From assembly GCF_016433145.1 (NCBI RefSeq), contig NC_058130.1:88013421-88077420 (forward strand): 64,000 nucleotides of DNA, written 5' to 3'. The DNA is from Gracilinanus agilis. Its lineage: Eukaryota. A program made the translations under genes and the position numbers. The notes below the pieces were generated by a model. That model was given only the letters and a program-made list of their open reading frames with translations, had not been told where the DNA came from and did not search any database. Below are positions 48,497-60,455 of the stretch, piece after piece. Within the stretch, counting starts at the first letter, position 1, and each line of letters opens with the position of its first letter.

Positions 48497-48670
48497 CTTT
48501 CTATCTCAGAATCAACACTGTATATTGGTTCCAAGGCAGAAGAGCAGTTAATGGCTAGGCAATGGGACTTGTGTTTTGCCCAGGGTCACTACTGCTGAGT
48601 TCAAATTTGAACCCAGGACCTCTGGTCTTCAGGCCTGGAATTCTATCCACTGATCCACCTAGCTGCCCCC
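48497..48670 (-). mobile_element. SINE-2_MD-like SINE
   Basis: CTTTCTATCTCAGAATCAACAC...CACTGATCCACCTAGCTGCCCC. Confidence 0.8.
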
Positions 48671-48989
48671 TGACCAGGAGCTTTCTTAAGAGAAGTAGAA
48701 TAAGGGATAATATTAATGAGAATGTTATTTGTGTAATTAATTCCCAGTGTGTTTGAACTTCAAAACCTGCTTTAACTCTTTGTTTTTTCCATTGACCTTT
48801 TACGATAAGGCAGTGTTTAAAGACTGTTTAAAAAATCTGGATAGTAATTTATGTTATTTCATTTTTATCTATTCCATCATTTTCATTTAGAACTTGCTCC
48901 CTGAGAACAGAGAAGTCCTGGAAAAAATTTTTAAAAGCCCAGAGAATTCCTAGTGTTGTTTTCTTTTTTCAAAAAGTCTTAATTTCTTT

Positions 48990-49147
48990 TTTAAGTAACA
49001 ACTCAAGACAGAAGGGCAATAGGTAAATAGGGTTGTGTCTTGCTCAGGGTCATACAGTTAGGATGCATCTGATTTGAACACATCACATTTGAACCCAGGT
49101 TCTATCACTAGGCATGGTACTCTATCCACTATGCCACCTAGCTGTCC
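48990..49147 (-). mobile_element. Diverged didelphid SINE
   Basis: AAGGGCAATAGG...TCAGGGTCATACAG...CCACCTAGCTGTCCC. Confidence 0.65.
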
Positions 49148-50489
49148 CTCTAGTGTTTTCTTGACCAGGAATGTAAGGCACTTCCAAAGCCTTACTTCCT
49201 GAAGATCAATGGTCCCCTGCCTATTTCACAGGTAAAGAAACTTGGCAAGAGGGGAAAAAACAACTTTGGGATCAAGTTTTGAAATGAAACCAGGATCATG
49301 ACCAACTGTGAATGCTATTGCAGCTAAGGAATTTTGTGAGAGGTGAACAGAACCCTTCAGATTATAGTCAAGGAAGATGAGCAGCCAACTGGACAGAGAA
49401 TCTAAGGGCTAAGTCGATGGATAAAGCACTTACAAAGGACTTACTATATGCCAGACATGGCTAATGGTGTGCTAGCTCTGTGGATTTTATCAGTGTTCCC
49501 AACTTAGGAATTTCATAAATAATATATTCACTCCCTAGAAACCCTAAGAGCGCCTTCTGTTCTTCCCTTCATTCCCCTCCTCCAAGGTCATGCCAATCAC
49601 AAGTTTCCTCTAACGAATGGCTTACAGAAGGAAGGCAATGGTAAATTTCCAGAAATACTTTTATGCCAAATAGAAGCTTAATTAATACCAGAATTGCAGC
49701 TTATTTGATTCTTTGCACCAATAAAGAATTTGTTTTGCTAGACTTTCCCCCCCTAGATAAAATTAAACTAAAACTGAATTTAAGAGCCCAGGAATTGTTC
49801 TTCATGAGGCTAATCCACCAGAGGGAGCTATTGACTTAGGTTTTGCGTAAAAAGCTCCTCATGTCTGGTTTCCAAAGCAACAAGAAACTATGTTGGAGGC
49901 ATTAGTTGGTAATTCTGGGCACTGGTGTTGTGCCTTTTGCTCCTTTCTCTCCATTATCAGTCACTTGTCTTCAGAGACCATAGATTCTGCTGCCCTTCTT
50001 TGTTCCTAGTGCCCAACCTTCAGAAAGCCCCGACCAATATGTGAAAACTGCTAATATTTTCCAGAAACTCATCCTAACTGATAACTTTGGACTTTAAAAG
50101 ATTGTTCTGATAACTCCAAGAAAGAAGAGCTTGGTGCCATTGGTGATAGACCCCATGTAGCCAAACATCACAGTCTGTGATGCATGAGAAAAATAGAGAA
50201 TGGTGCCAAGTGAGGTCTTCAAAAGGATTGGGAGGGAAAGATGCAATAATGGTATCCAATGATTTAGCCTTGTTCCTACTGGGCTTTGGTTAGCTTCATA
50301 TGGCACCAGTTTCCTGAAATGAAACCAATCCAGGGATCTTTTGTCTTTTAGGTTCAGGTGAAAGTAGTATGGTCTAGTCAGAAGAATAATGGATTGGAAC
50401 TCAGGGGAAAGTCCTGGCCACTAAACTTACTAGCTGTGCAACCTTAGAGAGGCTGCATTCTTTTCCCAACATGCACCTTTTCACTTCAA

Positions 50490-50760
50490 AAGCTTCCTTT
50501 CCTTCTCAGCTCAGCTCAAACACCACCTTCTGATAAAGCTTTTCCTGATCATTCCAGCTGTTCGTGGCTCCTCCTCTCCATGCTCATTCATTATCTCGTA
50601 TTTATTTGTATGTGCTTATATGCACATATGCCTTCTTTTCCCCTATAGAAGGTGGGATTCTTGAGGGCAGGGACTGCTTGGGTTTTGTCTTTGTATCTTT
50701 GATGCCTAGCACAGTTCCTGGAACATAGCAGATGCTTAATAAATACTTACTGATTGATTC
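50490..50760 (+). mobile_element. L2 3' end
   Basis: TTCTTGAGGGCAGGGACTG...CCTAGCACAGTTCCTGGAACATAGCAGATGCTTAATAAAT. Confidence 0.75.
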
Positions 50761-53700
50761 ATCTCTCCAAATCTCAGCTTTTTTTAAAGTCCATGAAATG
50801 GAGATAATGAAGTACTACCTACTTCACAGGTTTATTGTGAGGGAAGCAGTCTTTAAGCTCTCTAGAAATCAGAGTTATTATTTGGTGACCATTCCAATTT
50901 ACTGCCAGAATTTGACAGTCACCAAAGCCATTTAGGTTGGCATAAAGATAAGTATTTTCAAATTAAGGAGATATGAATTCCTCAATTTTTATTATTGTTT
51001 AAAAATCACAATAAAAACAACAAGACTGCACACATTGTAGGGACAGGGCCTATGCTTTATTAATTTTTGTATCTCCTCAATCCTTAGAACAGTATGTACT
51101 CAGCAAATATTAGAGTTGAATTTAGTTTCAAGGTGTCCTTCTTTAAAGGCATCCTACCTTCTTTTTCTTAGAGACTTTTCTGATAAGAGTCCAATGCATT
51201 TCCATCACATAGGAGGAGAACTGCAGTGAGTTTTGGGAAGACTGAACCTCCTTTGTCAGTACATAGGGATCTGCAGAGTACTGATGAAAATCTAGTTTTT
51301 GAGCTCTGTCTAAGGTGCTGAGCTCAACTTTTGGCTCAGCAAATGCTTTATGAACTTCTTCCTTTTCAATAGAAAATTCCCTTTTTGTTTCACTATATGT
51401 CTTCTTAAAACTCGGCATGCTCGATCCTCTGTGTTGTTTCCACAGAGCTATGTATTATAAGATTAAATTAAATTCAACAAACATTTATTGAGATCATAGG
51501 ACAATAGATTCAGGAATGGGAGGGATCTTAGAAGCCACCTAATTCAATCTCATTTTACAGATGAGGAAAATGAGGCCCAGAGAGTTGAAGCAACTTTCCC
51601 ATGGCCACATGACACAGATGGCAAATGTAGCAGAGTTGAAATTAGAACCCAGGTTTTTTGATTCCAAGGCCAGAACTCTTTCTGGTGCATCATGCTACAG
51701 CCATATAATTGGATCTGCTGTGATCAATTAGTCTCGTAAAAACTTAAAAAAAAAAGAAATCTATATTCCCATGAATTCCCCCAGTTCTCCTTTGCATTTG
51801 ATCATCTTGGGTGATCATGCATTATTCCTCTTTCAACCTTCCCTCCTCCCTAGTCTGGATCTCTTTTCATTTATAGTTCCTTCATTTCCCAACCCTGTCA
51901 ACAGCAGCTATGCCACTTCTACTTTCCATGTTTCTGTTGCCAGACCTGGAATCAGGGAAGAAAAGCAGCTCAGGGAGTAAAAAAAAGGTCTGTGGGATGG
52001 ATTTGAGTTTCTTCACATGTTCAAAAGAAAATATAGCATCTTCCTTCTAAAACTTGCCCCTTCTAACATCTCCATTTGAGAATCACAGAATTTCAGAATA
52101 AGGGACATCCTCATCTCAAGGCATCGGCTGAAAGTGCCAGTATTCTTCCATTTACCCAGGCTGGACTCTTCACAGTGGTTGTTCAAACCTTCTCTTTTTT
52201 CCTCAAGCTTCCTATGATGTGACCTTTCCTGCACCCTCACAGCTAAGGACTTCACTTTGTACTGTTCTGAAAAAAATAAAGGCCCTTTGCTGTGACCTCC
52301 ATCTCAGACTCTGTTGACAGCATCCTTCATTCTTTCCTTTTTCTGGTCTCTAATGACAAGATGATTCTTCTCTTTGCCTTGATTCCACAGCCTTCCCCTT
52401 AACTGTCCTGGTTTCTCTTCTCTTTTCTCTCTATCTTCTCTCTTGGGACCCTCATCAGATTCCATGGCTTTAATTATTATCTCTACAATGACCCTCAGAT
52501 CTATCTGTCTAACCCTGGTTTCCTTCCTGAGCTTTAGTCCCACATCATCAACTGCCTATTTATTTATCAGTCAATTCAAACTAGTCCCACAAGCAGTTCT
52601 AGTTCATTGTGTCGAAAATGGAACCCATTATCTTTCCCCTCCAAATCTACCCTTCTTGTAAACTTCCCTATTCCAACCAAGGCTACGTTCATCCTTCTAG
52701 CACCCCCAAACCACACTGTCATCCTTCATTATTCTCACTTAAAAATGTATCCAGGCAGCTGCCAAATCTTGATTCTACCTCCATGATACTTCTTGCAAGT
52801 TCTCCCTTCTTTTCACTCATCTGGCCATCATCCTAGTTCAGTCCCTCATCATCTCTCACCCAGATTATTGAGACAGGCTCATAATTGGTCATTCTGCCTG
52901 AAATTTCTTGGAACTCCAAGTCATCTTATAGGCAACGGCCAAAGGGATTTTTCCTCTTGTGATGTCTGATCAATGACTGACTACCCTATTCAATAAGCTC
53001 CAATGGTTCCCTATTACCCCTAAAATAAAATTTACCCCACTGTGGCACTTAAAGCCTTTCACAATCCAGTCTTAGCCTTATTACACATTACTCTCTGGCA
53101 TGTACATACACTAGAGTCTAGCCAAAATGGCATTTCCTCTGTTCCTCACCCAGCACCCCATTTCTCATCTCAGTGTATTTACACTGGCTGTCCCCCATCT
53201 CTGGCCTGGCCTTCCTTATTCTGTCACTTTGGGAAATGCCAGTATTCCTTTAAGGGTCAGCTCAAGTGCAGCCTTGTACATGAAGCCTTTTTTGAACCCT
53301 CTAGCTGCTAATACTTTCTTCTCAAAATTTATCTACCTTTATACATATGCTTCAACCCCCTGCTAGACTGTAGGTTCCTTCATACCCATGTCTACACAGT
53401 GCTTGGCACATACCAGGTACTCAATAAATGTTTGTCGATCAACTAGAAACCTTAAAATCCCTTTTGACTCCTTTCTGTCTCTCATCTCCTACATCTCATC
53501 AGTTATTGGTCTTGTCTTTGCCATCTGTCCCTTCCTCTCCATGCCTATTGGCATAACTGCATTTCAGGTCCTCACTGTCCCATCGCCTGTACCATTACAA
53601 CACTCTCCTAATTGGTTGTCTTGCCTGCAATTTCCCCTTTTCTAAATATCTTTTATATAGTTGCCAAAGTAACTCACATTATATACGGCCATGCTTGTGG

Positions 53701-54914
53701 TATTCCCTTGTTTAAATACCTTTAATTCTTTAGGCTGACATCTAAGGCTCTTCACAATGTTGCTCAAACTTATCTTAATAATATAATTTACTGATTTTCC
53801 ATTTTATGACCCAAATGCCTCCACCAAGCTGGATCTTTTTCTGCCCTTTCTATCCTCCATGTCTTGGCACATTCTGTATGCCACATGCAGTGAGTATAAT
53901 GGTCATCTCTGGACCTCATCTCTTTCTATTGACGTTTTTCTTTTCCTTTATGGCCTAATTCTGCTGTCATTTCCTTTATGAAGTGTTTTCCCATCTACCC
54001 AGTTAGAAATTGAGATTTGTACAATGTAACATAAGGTTATTCATTATTAGTGATCCTTCCCCTTTTCTGATTTATTTGGTTTGACTTCTCTTTGCTTAAT
54101 CACCTACTAACTCACATTATAGTTATTTGGGTATGTTTCACTCATTCATCGAGATCAAAGTCTATGCCAACATTTTGCTCTTCCTAGCTCTCTTCCTTTT
54201 TACAGTCAAATTCACAGAAAGGATTGACTCCAATTGATGTCTCTATTTTATCACCTCATGCTCATTTCTCATTTCCTTGGAAATTTGGTTTCTGACTACC
54301 ATTCAACAGAAACCACTCTCTCCAAGGTTACCAATGATCTCCTACCTGCTAGATTGAATAGTCTTTTCTTAGTCCTCTTTATATCTGATCTCTTTGAAAT
54401 TTTGACAATTATTTCCCCTTCTCCTATGTACTCTTTCTTCCCTTGTCTTCCCATGTATTTACTGTCTCTTGGTTTTTCTCCTACCTGTCTGAATCATACT
54501 TCTGTCTCCTTTGCTGGATTGTTATCCTTTTCTGGTCTACCCAAGGGTGGACATCCCACAAGGATGCCCTCTTCTCTTTTCCCTTTATACTCTTTCCCTT
54601 AGTGATCTTATTAATTCTCATAAGTTCAGTTATCTGTATGCAGATAATTCTCAAATTTAAATATTCAGCCTGGCTGTTCCTGAACTTAAATCTCATATTA
54701 TCGACTGCCTGCTGCAGTTTGACCTAAGTGTTCTGTAAGCATCTCAAGCTCCATATTCCTAAAATGGAACTCATTCTTTCCCAAATCTATCCTTTTCCCA
54801 AATACCTTGACTCTCACCTTCTGTCCATCTTTCTATCTATCAGTTGTTAGGTCTTATTGAACCTGTCTCTGCCACCATTTTCTTATCTGCCCTTTTACTT
54901 CCACTCACATCTTT

Positions 54915-55097
54915 TTTTTTGAAAGCCCTTACCTTCTATCTTATAATTAAGACTAATTATGGATTCCAAGGCAGAAGAGTGGTAAGGGCTGAGCAACTGG
55001 GGTTAAGTGATTTTCCCAGGGTCACACAGTTTGAAGTGTCTGAGGCTGGACTTGAACCTAGGCCTAGCTGCTATCCACTGAGCCACCTTGCTGCTCC
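54915..55097 (-). mobile_element. SINE-2_MD-like SINE
   Basis: AAAGCCCTTACCTTCTATCTTA...CTATCCACTGAGCCACC. Confidence 0.8.
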
Positions 55098-55174
55098 TCT
55101 TCCACTTACATCTTAGCCCTTGACCCCAATTCAGCCCCTCATCACTTCTCATCTAGGATATTGCAATAGCTTTT

Positions 55175-55660
55175 TTTAAAAACTCTTACCTTCTGTCTTA
55201 GAGTCAATAGTGTGTATTGGCTCCAAGGCAGAAGAGCAGTAATTATTATTATTATTATTCTTCCTGTTGACTCCTTACGGAGCATAGGGCCGCAACCATC
55301 TCACGCCAACGGACTCTGTTCTGGGCAACTTCCCCCAGCTGGGCCCATGTCATTCCGACTGTTTTTGTTTCATTTTCGGCAGATCTTCGCCAGGTCTGTT
55401 TTGGTCTTCCAACCTTCCTCCTCCTTGAAGGGTTCCAGCCCAATGCCTGTCTGGCTACGTTGTCTTCCGGTTTTCTTAGTGTATGTCCTATCCATCTCCA
55501 CTTACGTTTCTTTATGTCCTGACTAAAAAGGGCTAAGCAAACAGGGTTAAGTGACTTGCCCAGGGTCACACAGCTAGGAAGTGTCTGAGGCCAGATTTGA
55601 ACCTAGAACCTCCTGTCTCTAGGCCTGGCTCTCAATTCACTGAGCCATCCAGGTACTCCC
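55175..55660 (-). mobile_element. SINE-2_MD-like SINE split by an RTE insertion
   Basis: Tail 55175-55240 and body/head ~55525-55660 join into one consensus copy. Confidence 0.8.
55241..55522 (-). mobile_element. 5'-truncated RTE-clade LINE with (TAA)n tail
   Basis: 88 uninterrupted codons KWRWIGHTLRKPEDNVARQALGWNP...GRPKQTWRR...AQNRVRWREMVAALCS, the RTE RT C-terminus; the stop is the first TAA of the tail. Confidence 0.88.
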
Positions 55661-57063
55661 TTACAATAGCTTTCTAATTGGTTTCTCTGATTCCATTCTC
55701 TCAAAGATATTTCCCATAGCCTCCTGGCACATAGTAGGCAATGAATGCTAGCTAACTAACAATTGGAAAACTGATATTCTCAAAACAAAGAGAAGATCAT
55801 ATCCACTGCCCTCTACTAAAAAAAAATCTTCAATGGCTCTCTATTTCTTTTAGGGCAAAATAAAAATTCCTCAGCCTTTTGTTTTAAGCCCCATATAATT
55901 TAATTCTCAGTTCCAGGCTTATTTCATATTCCTCCCCTTTATGAACTCTCTTCCAGTCAAACTAGCCTTCTAAGGCTACTTGCCATATACAACACCTCCA
56001 TTCACAACATTCACTCTCTTATCTCTATGTCTTTGCATGAATGGCTTCCTGAGTCTCTAAGGCATTCTCTTCTAATCTTTACTTACAGACTCTCTAGTTT
56101 CCTTCAAAGCATAGCTCAGATGCCAATATCTTCCACACAGTCTTTCCTGATCATCTCAGTTATTAGCACTTTCTTCCTCTTGGAATGCCTTTGAATATTT
56201 TTGACTTTGTGTATATGTTGTACAATGCATCTCTCCAGTAGAATGTAAGCTCTTTGTGGGTAAGGATTGTTTATATCTATATTTCCAAGTCCTAGAATAA
56301 GGCTTTGCCCATGGTCACTGCTTTACAAAGTGTTGGTTGAATTTAAATGGGATTCTTAAAGATTTGCTAGGCATCCTGGTATCAAAATTTACTGCAGCTA
56401 TTGTTACGGTTTATTGTTACTGCTTCTATTTTTCATAATAATTTTAAATGGAAAAGAATAATTCTCTCTTTATTTTGAAAGCAATTTGCCTTAATCTGTA
56501 GGTCAATTCACATTGCCCACTGTTCATTTCTATTGCCTGGTCTGCTGACCCCCTCAGGGAAATCTCTTATTTACTCTGAATAATATTCACTCCTTTGCAG
56601 ATGTTTCCATAAAAAGGTCAGGGAATTAAATTTACCTATGGGATCTAGCATCAGAATGTGAAGGAAAGCTGATTCTCAGTGAGAATATCCACTCAATTAA
56701 AATGAAAAATTGAGTTGCACTTGGCCAAGTAAACAGTTTTTTTCTAGTTGTCCCTCAGAGACAAGCTTTTCTGATTTCAAGAAAGTTCTTAGCATTGTGT
56801 AGCATTTTCTATATTTAGTTTTAGCCTTAATTTTGTTTGCAAAACGTCATCTCAAGATGAATGACTCACTTGGTTTTAATTCTGATTTTTCTTGCAAAGA
56901 GAATATTAAGGCTGGGATGTTTACTAAGGATCATTTAATCTCATACTTTTTTTTTTTTATGGATGAGGAAACCAAGATCTAGAGATGTGAGGTGATTTGT
57001 CCAAGGTCACATAGCTAAAAATGGCAGTGGTGGGACTTGAACTTAAGTTTATTGGATCTACAT

Positions 57064-57392
57064 TATAGAAATAAAATAGAAAATAGGTATTAAGTTTGAT
57101 AAGTTAAGGAATTTAATTCCTTAACTTATCAAACCTAATTGAAATCAATATCTTAACTTATCAAAGGTAATCAAAATCAATATCTTTTTTCCTTTTCTTA
57201 AAAATTTATTTAGAATAATATCTTTAAAAAATTTTTATTTTGAATATTTTCCCATAGTTACATATTTCATGTTTTTCCCCTCTCCCCCAAATCCCTCTAA
57301 TGCCCCTTAGCTGATGCACAACTCCTGGGTTCAAAATCAATATCTTACCTTATCAAACCTAATCAATATCTACTTTCTATTTTATTCCTATA
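57064..57392. mobile_element. AT-rich palindromic MITE/foldback-like element inside a MIR, itself interrupted by an L1 3' fragment (~57187-57330)
   Basis: 28-bp terminal inverted repeats (25/28 identical), internal 25-bp hairpin arms, L1 TSD TCAAAATCAATATCTT at 57171-57186 and 57331-57346. Confidence 0.6.
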
Positions 57393-57827
57393 ACATCCAG
57401 TGCTATTTCCATGATGCCACTTAAGTAACAGACATTTGAGTTTGCCATTAGATTATGGTATGGAAGTATTAAAATCTCTTCTCTTATCCTGTCTTTAGCA
57501 CCACTATCTGGCTATCTCGTGTGGTTCTACATTGCTCATAGCACTTCAGAGAAAGAAGCCCAAAGCCAGCATATACAAAAATCACAGAATCTCAAGTTGG
57601 ACATGCTGTATTCCTAGCTAGAGGAGAGCTCTATATTATGTTTGATGGAATGGGGTTCCACTGGGCTTGAGATAGGACCCCAGAAACTTCTAATGCTGAA
57701 AAGAAATTCATCTCTGAAAGTAAAAATGAATATAATTCAAGTGCCAGGCTTATCCTAACAGCACAGCCATAGCCATTGCAAGGCTTGGAGAATGCTGCTT
57801 CCCTGGTTCCTGGCTTTATTCACTTAC

Positions 57828-57975
57828 CTCGGGCACTGGGTGGGGCAGAATTCATCATTTGAGATGGGGCTGAGTGGGTGGAGCTCAGGCTGGAGGAAGA
57901 AGGGCTAGCCTGGGATGAGGACAAAACAGAGACGTTCGTGATGGAGCCCTGGTATCTGGTGCTGGGGTAAGAAAG
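57828..57975 (-). CDS. DOCK3: DOCK3 coding exon (Ser-rich)
   Basis: ccctcctacag|CTT...CCCGAG|gtaagt; LSYPSTRYQGSITNVSVLSSSQASPSSSSLSSTHSAPSQMMNSAPPSAR(G); 148 nt, phase 0 to 1. Confidence 0.96.
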
Positions 57976-58540
57976 CTGTAGGAGGGAGAGAAAGTAGCAA
58001 GAAAGAAAACGAGTCAGGTGCCGGCAAAGGAGCACCTTCCGCTAGGTCGTCCCAGGACCCTAAACACGGAAGTTTGTCCTCCTCCATCCTGGAGGCAATC
58101 CCCTGGCTCTCTGCGCCTCTGCTCAGCCAGTGCAAAGGAGAGCATCATTAGATAAGGGAAGTCCAAACTATAAAGCACACCCCGGCAAATGAGAGGAAAT
58201 CGCTCATTCTAAGAGCTGTGAATTCTATAGGGATACCATGATAGGAGAAGATTTGGCAGAGAGAATTTGCTATCGGCACTGGGCTGAGAGTTGCCTAGAA
58301 GTCAGAGCCTGCATGCTTCTCAGGGAATGCGCGCTGGTGGAATGGATGTGTGTGGATGGTGTGGGCAAGGCAGTCTGGATACTTTCTGGGTGGCTGTGTC
58401 AGTAATTGGGAGGCTGTAGCCTTTTCTGTGGGGTCCTTATGGAAGACAGACGGTGGCAGAGCTGAAGGAAGGCTCTCGGCTGGGGCTGCAGAATGTGTCC
58501 TGTGCCCTGTAAGCCCCCCCTGGCTGCACAGCCATGCTAC

Positions 58541-58679
58541 CTGCATGTGATGGTACATGTCCTCGGGGACCTCTCCCATGGAGCCGTCAGGCAGGATCAC
58601 CATGTTCCCAGGTTCACTGGACGCATGAGAGGAGAGAGACGATGATGAATGGCGGCCTGATCCCATCAAGTTCATTGGG
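58541..58679 (-). CDS. DOCK3: DOCK3 coding exon
   Basis: cttccttgtag|C CCA ATG...ATGCAG|gtagca; (S)PMNLMGSGRHSSSSLSSHASSEPGNMVILPDGSMGEVPEDMYHHMQ; 139 nt, phase 2 to 0. Confidence 0.96.
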
Positions 58680-59641
58680 CTACAAGGAAGAGGAGAAAAC
58701 AGCAAAGAGTCACGGGATGTGTTTTTGGATTCATGGGCTTTGTATTTGAAACGATGGGTGGAATGGAATCTTAAAGCCCCATACATTTGGGGTGGAAGCA
58801 AAATCATGTTCCTTATCTGTTCATTATCTCTCTGGCACAGTTCTCCCACCACATGCAAAGAACTGGTAAATAGGAGACTGAAAGGGAATGCAACCTTAGC
58901 ATGTGGGAAGTTTCGGGAAGGAAAGATCACAGGGTTTTATTTCTGCAGGATCACCCTGTTCCCCAAATTTTATGCCAACCACACCTTCCTATGGCATAAG
59001 CGGAGAGTAGATCAGCTGCTGAAAAATATAAGAATCTTGTTCTCTGGCTGCAAGCCAGAGTCACAGCTCCCATTTGGCCATTAGGCAGGGATGGCCACAC
59101 CTCATTTGCCAAATATGGCAGATGGCAGCCCATCATCTCTCATAAGTCAGGGGAAATTTCTTGCTGTGGGCAAGACCCTTATGGAGAACTGAGAACATAT
59201 TAGGTCTGTCAGGAATGAGTTATGTTTGGGCCTCCCACAAGATGGGTGAGTACAAGCTACCCAACAATTTGCTCTTTACAATCCCTCCTTTATCAATTTT
59301 TCCTTGTGCCTTAGACCCTATGGACACTTCTCCTTTAATGTCCATTCCTAATTGGTTAGCAATCTCCAAAGGAGCTTGGAGACTTTTATTGTGGTGAGGA
59401 ACTGGCACAAAGGGAGTCTGGCCACATTCAGACATCACCCTGACGTTGACATTACTCCTAATGATGTGGGCTCCTGTTTGCTGATCATAGTCCTTCGTTC
59501 CTTAGTCCAACTCCAGGAATCTTGTCTGGGTTACCGACATTCTTGGGTCAAGGAGACTATGGAGGACCCTTGTGCTTTGGGTTCTAGAAGTCAATTCTTT
59601 AGGCATGTAGATGAACTGTCCTCTCAGAGGAGATCCTGTAC

Positions 59642-59763
59642 CTGTGACGATGCACCATCTTGATGGTTTCTGGGCTCATTGGGCTATGGGACACCAGAAC
59701 AGTCCCTCGGGTTGTGTTAGTGCCAGAACATGCTGGACTCAGTTTATCCAAACCAGGAAACTC
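59642..59763 (-). CDS. DOCK3: DOCK3 coding exon just after DHR2 (absent from the ORF track)
   Basis: tttgttcacag|GAG...CACAG|gtacag; EFPGLDKLSPACSGTNTTRGTVLVSHSPMSPETIKMVHRH(S); 122 nt, phase 0 to 2. Confidence 0.95.
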
Positions 59764-60140
59764 CTGTGAACAAAAGAACCACTAAAGATCACTGGGTTGA
59801 GGTATTTGTGGGAAGAGATGAAAGGTTATGGGGGTTAGGATTTGAATAGAGATAGAAATTTTTTTGGTCGATAGTAAATGACTTTCCCTAGAAAACAACC
59901 CCATCTAGCTATACAGTATAAGCTAAATTAGAGACCTCTGCATACAGGTAGCCCCATGATGCTAGATTTTGTTCTAGCACCCCATAATTGACAGAGGCTA
60001 ATTCTGGTGAGACCTACAGAAAGGAAGAAAAGTTTCTTCCTCATTGTTGAAGTCTGCTATATATAAAAATTTCTCTGGAGTTAGGAAGACGGTGAGCAAA
60101 TACCAGCAAGGGATAAGGTGGATATCAATATGTAGTTGAA

Positions 60141-60323
60141 GGGGCAGTGAGGCAGCAAGGTGGATACAGCACCAGGCCTAGAGTTGGGAGGTCTTGGATT
60201 CAAATATGGCCTTAGTCACTTTCTAACTGTGTGACCCTGGGCAAGTCACTTAAACCTGATTGCCTAGTCCTTGCTTCTCTTTGGTCTTAGAACTGGTGCT
60301 AAGGCAGAAGATAAGGGTTAAAA
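60141..60323 (+). mobile_element. SINE-2_MD-like SINE
   Basis: GGGGCAGTGAGG head, GTGTGACCCTGGGCAAGTCACTTAA core. Confidence 0.8.
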
Positions 60324-60336
60324 AATACTTGGTTGA

Positions 60337-60455
60337 CCAGTGGAAATGTGTGTTGGCCATGGGTGGGTGGAGTGCGGGGTGGTGAAGGGGAAAGTGGGAG
60401 CATGAATCATGTAACCATGTTAAAAATTAATATTAATGTTTAAAATTTTAAAAAA
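60337..60455 (+). mobile_element. Short L1 3' end
   Basis: CATGAATCATGTAACCATG plus A-rich tail; flanking AATACTT(G/A)GTTGA TSD. Confidence 0.75.

Larger units (their letters stand above)
51760..56340 (+). mobile_element. Cluster of several L2 LINE fragments (RT and 3' ends) interrupted by SINE and RTE insertions
   Basis: ORF 54234-54602 contains YHSTETTLSKVTNDLL, resembling the L2 motif HHSTETALLKVTNDLL; several L2 termini (e.g. ~53430, ~56340); CT-rich plus strand. Confidence 0.75.

Noticed and set aside
51143-51418. 91-aa minus-strand ORF MPSFKKTYSETK...
   Set aside because: Natural-looking composition but no family recognised and no splice sites fitting the DOCK3 phase; might be transposase debris and needs BLAST
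55255-55569. 104-aa ORF as a new gene
   Set aside because: Chance in-frame fusion: the first 16 codons (GTG start) are SINE and the rest is RTE reverse transcriptase
58295-58930. 211-aa ORF, the longest in the track
   Set aside because: Only 46 codons (58541-58679) are a DOCK3 exon; the flanks are intron read-through
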